This document shows positions 56,541 through 64,000 of a DNA stretch of 64,000 bases, in pieces. Origin of the DNA: Bacteroidales bacterium. Lineage in GTDB: Bacteria; Bacteroidota; Bacteroidia; Bacteroidales; Muribaculaceae. Below the pieces are notes generated by a model. That model ran no database searches. It saw only the letters and a list, made by a program, of their open reading frames with translations, and was not told where the DNA came from. The position numbers were made by a program, and so were the translations under genes. Within the stretch, counting starts at the first letter, position 1, and each line of letters opens with the position of its first letter. The stretch is from NCBI GenBank assembly GCA_014800245.1, contig JAAVGM010000018.1, positions 26,944-90,943 on the forward strand, read 5' to 3'.

Positions 56541-56583
56541 AGAACCCGCATGTCTGCTTTTCGCTGCTATGCGGGTTCTTTTT
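56541..56583 (+). terminator. Intrinsic terminator after the malic enzyme gene
   Basis: AGAACCCGCAT/ATGCGGGTTCT stem followed by a T run. Confidence 0.85.
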
Positions 56584-56815
56584 ATTTATAATTACGTGGT
56601 TAGCTTTAGCGTTGCACGGGTATGATTTTTCAAAAGTAAAAATTTTGAATTTTCAAAGAATATTTTTAGTTTTTTTGAATAGTTTTTCTACATTATTTTT
56701 TCAAAAGTTGTCCAAAATATTTTATATATTATTAATTATTAAATAGTTAAAATTTACAATTGCCTTAAAAGTTGTCCAAAACAAAAATATTTTATCATAT
56801 TTTTATTCTCAAAAA

Positions 56816-56847
56816 TTTGTAGATTTAATCAGCTTATTCTATCTTTG
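56816..56847 (+). promoter_or_regulatory. nrdDG promoter
   Basis: TTTG-N20-TATCTTTG. Confidence 0.75.
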
Positions 56848-56895
56848 CAGTGTCAAAAATACTTTGAAGTTTCAAAACTCAGTAACACCTCCGCA

Positions 56896-59100
56896 ATGAT
56901 ACAGACAGTTGAAAAACGAGACGGCCGCATCGTTGGCTACAATGAAGACAAAATAAAGGCCGCAATACGCAAAGCTATGCTCCAGACCGAATCCGGAGAA
57001 GATGAATCGCTTGTACAGAAAATCACCGACCGTGTTGGAATGATCGGAAAAAAATGTATGACCGTTGAAGAGATCCAAGATCGCGTGGAGATGGAGCTTA
57101 TGAAATCCAAGCGTAAGGATGTGGCTAAAAAATATATTGCTTACCGCGACCAGCGTTCAATTGCACGTCAGGCAAAAACCCGCGATATGTTCCTTGAGAT
57201 CATTGAAGCGAAGAATAATGACGTAACTCGCGAAAACGCTAACATGAACACCGATTCCCCTGCCGGAATGATGATGAAGTTTGCGAGCGAGACCACTAAA
57301 CCTTTCGTTGACGACTATCTCCTTAGTCCGGAGGTGAAAAATGCTGTGAAGAATAATTATCTTCATATCCACGACAAGGATTATTATCCTACAAAATCCC
57401 TCACCTGCGTGCAGCATCCTTTGGAAAAGATTTTGCGTAATGGATTCGTTGCGGGTCATGGTGAGTCGCGTCCGGCTAAAAGAATCGAAACTGCGAGCGT
57501 AATTGCATGTATCTCTCTGGAGACTGCCCAGAATGAGATGCACGGCGGCCAGGCCATCCCTGCTTTCGATTTCTATCTCGCCCCCTATGTCCGCTCTTCT
57601 TACATTGAGGAGATAAAGAATCTTGAAAAATTTGTAGGGCACGATCTTTCTCATCTATATAATGCCGAGATAAAAGATTTCCTTTCTCGCTCCCTTGAAG
57701 GTCTCGAAGGGGATGAGAAATATATTCAGCACGCTATCAACCGCACTGTTGGACGTGTGCACCAATCTATGGAAGCCTTTATCCATAACATGAACACTAT
57801 TCATTCGCGTGGAGGGAATCAGGTGGTGTTCTCATCTATCAATTATGGCACAGACACATCTGCCGAGGGCCGCTGTGTGATCCGCGAATTGCTGAAATCC
57901 ACATATGAAGGAGTCGGCAACGGCGCTACTGCTATCTTCCCTATTCAGATATGGAAAAAGAAGCGTGGAGTGTCATATCTTCCGGAAGACCCCAACTATG
58001 ACCTCTATAAGTTGGCATGCAAGGTAACGGCACGTCGCTTCTTCCCCAACTTCCTCAATCTCGATGCCTCTTTCAATCAGCATGAGAAATGGGATGCCAA
58101 CGACCCGGAACGCTATAAATATGAGGTAGCCACTATGGGTTGTCGCACTCGCGTATTTGAAAATCGTTATGGTGAAAAGACCTCAATAGGGCGCGGAAAT
58201 ATCTCTTTTTCCACTATAAATATCGTGCGTCTCGCCATAGAGTGTATGAATATTCAGGATCAGGAGGAGAGAATCAATAAATTTTTTGAAAAACTTGATG
58301 ATGTGCTCGACATCACAGCTCTTCAGCTCAATGAACGTTTTGAATTCCAGAAGACCGCTTTGGCAAAACAGTTCCCTCTCGTGATGAGTGTGCTTTGGAA
58401 CGGTGCATCTGCTCTCGGGAAGAACGACACAATCGAACCCGTGATCAATCAAGGCACTCTCGGCATCGGCTTCATCGGTCTGGCTGAGTGTCTTATTGCC
58501 CTGACCGGAAAACATCATGGCGAAAGCGAAGAGTCGCAGAAGCTTGGCCTCAGAATTATCAAGCATATGCGCAGCCGTGTCAATGAATATTGCGAGGAAT
58601 ATGGTCACAACTATTCCGTACTCGCCACTCCTGCCGAAGGACTATCAGGTAAATTCACAAAGATAGACCGCAAGACATTCGGCGAAATTCCGGGAGTGAC
58701 CGATAAGGATTACTACACTAATTCAAACCATGTGCCCGTATATTATCATTGCTCTCCGCGTCATAAAGCGCAAGTGGAGGCGCCCTACCACGAGCTGACA
58801 CGCGGCGGTCATATATTCTATGTGGAGATTGACGGTGACGCCACACACAACGAGGAATCCATAATGCAGATTGTGGATATGATGGATAAGTATAATCTCG
58901 GATATGGATCCGTCAACCATAATCGCAACCACTGTCCGAAATGCGGCTATGAGAATGCAGAGAAAGGGGTGGATGCCTGCCCGAAGTGCGGCACAAAATT
59001 CGAGACAATCCAGCGCATCACCGGTTACCTCGTCGGTACAACCGACAGATGGAATTCAGGTAAGCTTGCCGAACTCAACGATCGCGTAGTGCATGAATAA
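56896..59100 (+). CDS. nrdD: Anaerobic (class III) ribonucleoside-triphosphate reductase
   Basis: ATP cone VEKRDGR; HIHD, ATPAE, CxxC..CxxC zinc site, glycyl-radical motif RITGYL; start moved to ATG 56896. Confidence 0.97.
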   Translation: MIQTVEKRDGRIVGYNEDKIKAAIRKAMLQTESGEDESLVQKITDRVGMIGKKCMTVEEIQDRVEMELMKSKRKDVAKKYIAYRDQRSIARQAKTRDMFLEIIEAKNNDVTRENANMNTDSPAGMMMKFASETTKPFVDDYLLSPEVKNAVKNNYLHIHDKDYYPTKSLTCVQHPLEKILRNGFVAGHGESRPAKRIETASVIACISLETAQNEMHGGQAIPAFDFYLAPYVRSSYIEEIKNLEKFVGHDLSHLYNAEIKDFLSRSLEGLEGDEKYIQHAINRTVGRVHQSMEAFIHNMNTIHSRGGNQVVFSSINYGTDTSAEGRCVIRELLKSTYEGVGNGATAIFPIQIWKKKRGVSYLPEDPNYDLYKLACKVTARRFFPNFLNLDASFNQHEKWDANDPERYKYEVATMGCRTRVFENRYGEKTSIGRGNISFSTINIVRLAIECMNIQDQEERINKFFEKLDDVLDITALQLNERFEFQKTALAKQFPLVMSVLWNGASALGKNDTIEPVINQGTLGIGFIGLAECLIALTGKHHGESEESQKLGLRIIKHMRSRVNEYCEEYGHNYSVLATPAEGLSGKFTKIDRKTFGEIPGVTDKDYYTNSNHVPVYYHCSPRHKAQVEAPYHELTRGGHIFYVEIDGDATHNEESIMQIVDMMDKYNLGYGSVNHNRNHCPKCGYENAEKGVDACPKCGTKFETIQRITGYLVGTTDRWNSGKLAELNDRVVHE

Positions 59101-59584
59101 TTCAATCAATATCCTTGATATAATCCGGGGCACCACTGTGGATGGCCCCGGATTTCGCACTTCTATATATATTGCCGGCTGTCGTCATGCCTGTCCCGGC
59201 TGTCATAACCCCTCCTCTTGGGATTTCAATGCCGGTAGTCCCTATTCCATTGATGAAATAATGGAAATAATTGAGGAAGAGGATTTCGATGTCACCCTAT
59301 CAGGCGGCGACCCCCTTTATCATCCTGAATTTGTTAAGGAGATAATCGGGCGTATCCATTCCCTTGGTCATAATGTATGGCTATATACAGGTTTCCGTTG
59401 GGAGGAAATTATCTCTTCTCCTCTGCTTCTCGATGCAATTAGAGAAGCAGATGTGATTGTCGATTCCCCTTTTATCCTCGCCCTTAGAGATACCGACCTT
59501 CTCTTCCGAGGCTCCTCCAATCAAAGAATCATTGATGTGCAAAAATCGATTTCAGGAGATATAGTGCTCTGGGAAAGGAAATAA
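59093..59584 (+). CDS. nrdG: Class III RNR activase (radical SAM)
   Basis: DGPG.R, CRHACPGC, SGGDP, FRGSSNQR. Confidence 0.96.
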   Translation: MNNSINILDIIRGTTVDGPGFRTSIYIAGCRHACPGCHNPSSWDFNAGSPYSIDEIMEIIEEEDFDVTLSGGDPLYHPEFVKEIIGRIHSLGHNVWLYTGFRWEEIISSPLLLDAIREADVIVDSPFILALRDTDLLFRGSSNQRIIDVQKSISGDIVLWERK

Positions 59585-59599
59585 TTGGGATATTTTTAT

Positions 59600-59607
59600 T
59601 AACTTTG
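59600..59607 (+). promoter_or_regulatory. -7 promoter element for the GH55 gene
   Basis: TAACTTTG, 53 nt upstream of the ATG. Confidence 0.6.
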
Positions 59608-59660
59608 CACCACTACAAACCAATCTGTCGATCAAATTCTCAAACCTAACCAATCTAATT

Positions 59661-61481
59661 ATGAATAAATTCTCTTATCTCTTCTTGGCAGCGGCCTCTA
59701 TTGCTATGCCTGCAAGTGCCAATAATCACCTCTCCACCTCTTTCGATCGCCAACTCTTCGGAGATAAAGTTCTTATCTTCTCCCCCGATGATAATATGGA
59801 TTCCATCGCCGCCTCTCTTCGCGAGATAGATGCGAAGCTTTTCGGCCGTGAAATGGATGCTGACAGATATGCCGTGCTCTTCCGTCCGGGAGATTATAAA
59901 GGAGCCGGACTGATCAACGTCCCTTTCTATGTGCATGTAGCCGGACTTGGCGCTACCCCTTACGAAGTGCAGGTTTCAAATATCCACACACCGCCTCATC
60001 TTGGAGAAGGGAACGGAACATGTACTTTCTGGCGCTCCGTGGAGAATCTTTCTGTCATCGGTCCTGAGACCTACAACGAACCCGAAACCTTCAAATGGGC
60101 TGTTTCTCAAGCAGCTCCCATGCGTCGTGTGTATTCCACCCGCACATTGCGAACTCAATGGGGCGAAGGATGGGTAAGCGGAGGATATGCAGCCGACTGC
60201 CGCTTTGATGCGCCCGCAGGTTCCGACCACCAGCAGCAATGGTATTATAGAAATTCCATCTTAAATAAGGGACGCGGAGATTTCCGCGAAGAGAAATATA
60301 ATTACTGTTTCCAAGGAGTTGAATTCGGACCTGAAACCGATCTATCCACCTATCGCAACAATTGGGATGAAGGGGGGAATGTCACCATACTGGAAACAAC
60401 TCCCGTGATTGCCGAGAAGCCGTTCCTCTGCGTTGGTCCGGATGGTAGATATAAGGTTTTCCGCCCCGCTTTCCGAAAAGAAGCCAAGGGTGTGTCCTAC
60501 TCTCCCGGCAATCCCGGAGAGGGTGAGTATCTTGATCTTCTCGAATCTTTCGAGGTGATTAAGCAAGGTGCGGGGTCTGCCGAAATGAACAAAGCTCTTG
60601 CATCAGGCAAGAATCTATTGATTACCCCCGGAATGTACACCCTCGACCGGCCACTGCATATCACTCGTCCCGGAACAGTGGTTTTGGGTCTGGGCTGGGC
60701 CACATTGATTCCGGGCGAGAATAATCAAGAGGGAGCAATCGTGATTGATGATGTGGATAATGTGGCGGTTGCTTCATTGCTTTTCGATGCCCATTATAGT
60801 TCCGACACACTTCTGAAGGTTGGAAATGAGAAGAACAACATAGATCATAGCAGCTCCCCTATCCTTCTCTCTGATCTTTTCTTCCGCATCGGTGGATTTC
60901 GACCCAACCCTGTGCATGTGGATCATGCGGTAGAGATAAATAGCAACAATGTGGTTGGCGACCATTTCTGGATCTGGCGTGCCGACCATGGCGTGCGAGG
61001 CAGTGTGGGTTGGGATATAAATACTGCTCGCAACGGATTGGTGGTGAATGGAGACAACGTCACTGTCTATGGTCTCTTCAACGAACATTTTCAAGAGTAT
61101 CAGACCTTATGGAATGGCGAGAATGGCAAGATGTTTTTCTACCAGTGCGAAACTCCCTACGACTCCCCTACCCAAGCACATTATATGAGTGAGAATGGCA
61201 CACGTCCGGGCTATGCTGCTTATAAAGTAAGCGACGGAGTTAAAAATCATTTCGCAGCTGCCCTGGGAATCTACGATGTGCTTGTGAATGAAATAAAAAT
61301 TGAAAATTCCATTGAAGTGCCCGATGCAGAGGGAGTAAATGTATATCATGCCTGCAACAACTCCCTTTCCAACGGCGGCAAGCGCGGCTTCGGATATGTA
61401 ATCAACGGTCTCGGTAAAAGCACCTACGACACATTCCGCGATAACCGCGTTCTAATCAACGACTATAGAAGAGAGAAATAA
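59661..61481 (+). CDS. Secreted GH55-like exo-beta-1,3-glucanase (bacterial SacteLam55A type)
   Basis: Signal peptide; FWRS.EN, WAVSQAAP.RR, SGG, QQQW, EKPFL, WIWRADHG, GLF.EHFQ, FYQ.E.PYD. Confidence 0.8.
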   Translation: MNKFSYLFLAAASIAMPASANNHLSTSFDRQLFGDKVLIFSPDDNMDSIAASLREIDAKLFGREMDADRYAVLFRPGDYKGAGLINVPFYVHVAGLGATPYEVQVSNIHTPPHLGEGNGTCTFWRSVENLSVIGPETYNEPETFKWAVSQAAPMRRVYSTRTLRTQWGEGWVSGGYAADCRFDAPAGSDHQQQWYYRNSILNKGRGDFREEKYNYCFQGVEFGPETDLSTYRNNWDEGGNVTILETTPVIAEKPFLCVGPDGRYKVFRPAFRKEAKGVSYSPGNPGEGEYLDLLESFEVIKQGAGSAEMNKALASGKNLLITPGMYTLDRPLHITRPGTVVLGLGWATLIPGENNQEGAIVIDDVDNVAVASLLFDAHYSSDTLLKVGNEKNNIDHSSSPILLSDLFFRIGGFRPNPVHVDHAVEINSNNVVGDHFWIWRADHGVRGSVGWDINTARNGLVVNGDNVTVYGLFNEHFQEYQTLWNGENGKMFFYQCETPYDSPTQAHYMSENGTRPGYAAYKVSDGVKNHFAAALGIYDVLVNEIKIENSIEVPDAEGVNVYHACNNSLSNGGKRGFGYVINGLGKSTYDTFRDNRVLINDYRREK

Positions 61482-61484
61482 AAA

Positions 61485-61599
61485 TTCAATCGCAGCCAAC
61501 AGCCTTAAAGATCTCCGCTTGGGATTTATTCATTTCCTTCTACCGGGAAAAGAATAAATCCCAAGCGGAGATCTTTTAAGTCGCTTTCTTACGATTGAA
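61485..61599. repeat. Long imperfect inverted repeat (terminator or MITE-like)
   Basis: 25-bp perfect arms 61507-61531/61552-61576, inner TTTCC/GGAAA, outer TTCAATCG/CGATTGAA. Confidence 0.85.
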
Positions 61600-61683
61600 C
61601 GAACATGAACTATCGCAAAAAGACAGATATAGGTATTTATGAGGACAATCATATAAAATAATTGCATACTACTGATAAAAATA

Positions 61684-61726
61684 TAGTACTATGTATTGCA
61701 AGGTACTAAAATATTTTATAACTTTG
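61684..61726 (+). promoter_or_regulatory. Promoter of the TonB-type barrel gene with an overlapping inverted-repeat operator candidate
   Basis: ATTG-N20-TAACTTTG; TAGTAC-N13-GTACTA spans the -33 element. Confidence 0.55.
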
Positions 61727-61766
61727 TGGCGTGAAATTATTACTCAAGGTTATAAAATTGTGACTT

Positions 61767-63983
61767 ATGAACACATTACTCATATTATCAGCTTTGGCAG
61801 CTGCTCAAGCAGTGGAGACGCCCGACTCGGTGGCAGATATCTACGACAATCTTGACGAATTGGTAGTTGTGGCAAAAAAAGAGCTGATTAAATCAGATGG
61901 AGCTTCACTCACTTATGATCTATCGGACGATGACAGCTCGAAAGGACTGACTCTTATCGATGCTCTTAAAAAAGTGCCGATGGTCACCGTAGATGGACAA
62001 GACAACATTTACATAAACGGCGATTCTAATTTCAAGATTTATGTGAATGGAAAGGAAGACCCTATGATGGAAGCCAACTACTCCCAACTCTTCAAGTCGA
62101 TGCCCGCAGATGCGGTGCTCAAAGTGGAAGTAATCACCGAACCGGGTGCTAAGTTTGACGCCGAAGGCTCGGGTGGGATTCTCAATCTAATCACAGAAAC
62201 GAAACAAAGGAAAGACGGGTATTCCGGTTCTGTCAACGCTTCATTATCTAATCGCGATTACAACCTCTCTTTCTTCGGAAGGATGAAACATGATAAATTC
62301 TCCCTTGATGCCAATGCATCATATGGAGCCACAAGTTTCTCAGACCAGACAAATGATCAGACCTTTACCACCGTCGATGACTCTTCGGATGCAAACCATC
62401 GACAAGTGATGAGTCAGTTGCAGAAAATAGGTTTTTATTTTGTCAACGCCGGATTGAATGCCTCATGGGAGATAAATGAGAAGAATCTATTCACTTTCGG
62501 AGGTTCCTTTATGAATCTCGATGGAAGTCTGAAGGATTACACCTCTCAAACAGGGATGTATAATCGCGCCGATATTCTTCAATGGCAATACAGGCAGCGC
62601 ATCTCCGGAGGTTTGAAAATGCTGTCGGCATCTGCCAATGCTTCCTATCAACATTCGTTTGATACTTCGGGACATCGCATCGTGTTGGCTTATCTTTATA
62701 ATTTCGGCAGGAATCCGATGAATCTCACCACTAACACCTTTGACCCCGTAAACTTCGTTATTGATTCCCCTTACACCGCAAACAATAACACCAACTATAA
62801 CCGCGAGCATACTTTCCAAGCCGATTATGCCAACCCTTTCGGTGGCGACAAACATAAGCTGGAAGCAGGAGCGAAGATTATTATGCGTCATAATTCCGCT
62901 ATCGGCAACACCGGTTATGGAATCTCTTCCGATGCACTTTTCTTCCCTGCGGAAGGCTCAGTGGATATGACCCAGATTCAAGATATCTATGCCATATATG
63001 GTGCATATACCGGTCATTTCGGAGATCTCACAGCTAATGCAGGGGTTAGGTATGAGCACACCAGAATGGGGATTCACAATAAACTTGATCCTTCCGAGGA
63101 TTTTACACGTCGTCTGAATGATGTTGTCCCCAACGCGGCTCTCACCTACTCTTTCTCCCCTGCCTCCAATCTTCGTTTGGCATATTTGATGAGAATCTCG
63201 CGTCCAAATATTCAGCAGATGAACCCCTATCAGCTCACTGCCTTGGGAACACTTATTCAGGAGGGAAATCCGGATTTGGAAAGCGAACACAGCAACAGAG
63301 TATCTCTTACATATACCAATTATGCAAGAATTTTGGGTGGCAATGTATTCCTTGATTACAAATACACCAACAATGCCCTTACCCCCTTTGCATATTACAC
63401 CATGGGAGAGGATGGAGCAATAATCCATCATCAAACCACAGCAAATATCGGTCATTCTCAGGAATTCGGTTTGGGCGGATTCTTGAATGTGAACATCACT
63501 CAGAAAATGTCATTTTCAGTGAATGGACGGTTGGCTTATGTCAAGATGATTTCCGATTCTCCACTTTTCAAGAATCACGGCTGGACCGGGAATTATGGTG
63601 CTAATTGGAACTATACTCTCCCTCGGGATATCAAACTCTCAGCATATGGAGGCCAGACATTTCATGTGATTGAGCTTCAAGGAAGTCATTCCGGATGGTA
63701 TTATTATGGGATTGGGGCATCAAAGAGTATTCTTAACGATAAGCTAACTATTGCTATCAATGCATCCTCTTTCCTTCAGGCTTCCACACGCTTTCATTCG
63801 GAGATGCATTCAGGCTCGCAGCATACCTATCAAAATAATTATAGCAAAAGTTGGAGAGTCGGTATCAATCTCACATGGAATTTCGGGCATCTCAATTCTT
63901 CGGCCAAGAAAGCGGATATTGTGATCGACAATGACGACCTCTCTTCCGGCAGCGGGAATGGGAATGGAGGAATCTCCATTTAA
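61767..63983 (+). CDS. TonB-dependent-receptor-like outer-membrane beta-barrel (OMP_b-brl_3 type)
   Basis: LDELVV box, plug motifs LKKVPMVTVDG and EVITEPGAKFDAEG.GGILN, barrel motifs RISRP..QMNP and GNPDL.SE. Confidence 0.88.
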   Translation: MNTLLILSALAAAQAVETPDSVADIYDNLDELVVVAKKELIKSDGASLTYDLSDDDSSKGLTLIDALKKVPMVTVDGQDNIYINGDSNFKIYVNGKEDPMMEANYSQLFKSMPADAVLKVEVITEPGAKFDAEGSGGILNLITETKQRKDGYSGSVNASLSNRDYNLSFFGRMKHDKFSLDANASYGATSFSDQTNDQTFTTVDDSSDANHRQVMSQLQKIGFYFVNAGLNASWEINEKNLFTFGGSFMNLDGSLKDYTSQTGMYNRADILQWQYRQRISGGLKMLSASANASYQHSFDTSGHRIVLAYLYNFGRNPMNLTTNTFDPVNFVIDSPYTANNNTNYNREHTFQADYANPFGGDKHKLEAGAKIIMRHNSAIGNTGYGISSDALFFPAEGSVDMTQIQDIYAIYGAYTGHFGDLTANAGVRYEHTRMGIHNKLDPSEDFTRRLNDVVPNAALTYSFSPASNLRLAYLMRISRPNIQQMNPYQLTALGTLIQEGNPDLESEHSNRVSLTYTNYARILGGNVFLDYKYTNNALTPFAYYTMGEDGAIIHHQTTANIGHSQEFGLGGFLNVNITQKMSFSVNGRLAYVKMISDSPLFKNHGWTGNYGANWNYTLPRDIKLSAYGGQTFHVIELQGSHSGWYYYGIGASKSILNDKLTIAINASSFLQASTRFHSEMHSGSQHTYQNNYSKSWRVGINLTWNFGHLNSSAKKADIVIDNDDLSSGSGNGNGGISI

Positions 63984-64000
63984 TATCGATATTTTTAATA

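Noticed and set aside
56584-56895. Cobalamin riboswitch or NrdR box upstream of nrdD
   Set aside because: The spacer is extremely AT-rich with no B12-box (GCCACTG/GGGAAG) and no convincing acaC(a/t)AtATaT(a/t)Gtgt site; the predicted leader is only about 45 nt.
1-64000. High apparent frequency of CCGG; mobile element, prophage or defence island
   Set aside because: CCGG abundance looks like a genome-wide signature that I cannot quantify by eye. I saw no integrase, transposase, phage or defence genes and no sharp compositional boundary.

Overview
A 64-kb core-genome segment of a Bacteroidales bacterium, probably a gut Muribaculaceae-like organism (inferred from TAnnTTTG promoters, AT-rich leaders without Shine-Dalgarno sequences and Bacteroides-type gene order). 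It holds about 51 intact CDSs. These include mreBCD-mrdA-rodA, lipid acyltransferases, trxA/trxB, glnA, MscS, a clostripain lipoprotein, RprXY, thiD/thiE-like genes, a superoxide dismutase, rsfS-ftsH, an RND pump with an LpxA paralogue, cdsA, a LysM protein, rubrerythrin, M16 and S41 peptidases, a hemerythrin-like/LuxR pair, ftsK-lolA, an L,D-transpeptidase, dxs-trkAH, a malic enzyme, nrdDG, a GH55 glucanase and a TonB-type barrel. I saw no rRNA, tRNA, CRISPR, IS, integrase, prophage or defence genes. The best leads are subtle. (1) An RND operon with an apparent extra transmembrane hairpin, a co-transcribed LpxA paralogue with an altered acceptor site and a symmetric operator. (2) An intact ThiE/ThiD pair that has lost catalytic residues. 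(3) A hemerythrin-like protein lacking most metal ligands, coupled to a CdhR-like LuxR regulator behind an 8-bp tandem repeat. (4) A repeated palindromic operator at nrdDG in a lineage reported to lack NrdR. (5) A stand-alone GH55. (6) A MscS with a ~70-aa insertion and a MaeB-type malic enzyme without its PTA domain. All family assignments and residue alignments were made by eye from remembered reference sequences; no searches were run.
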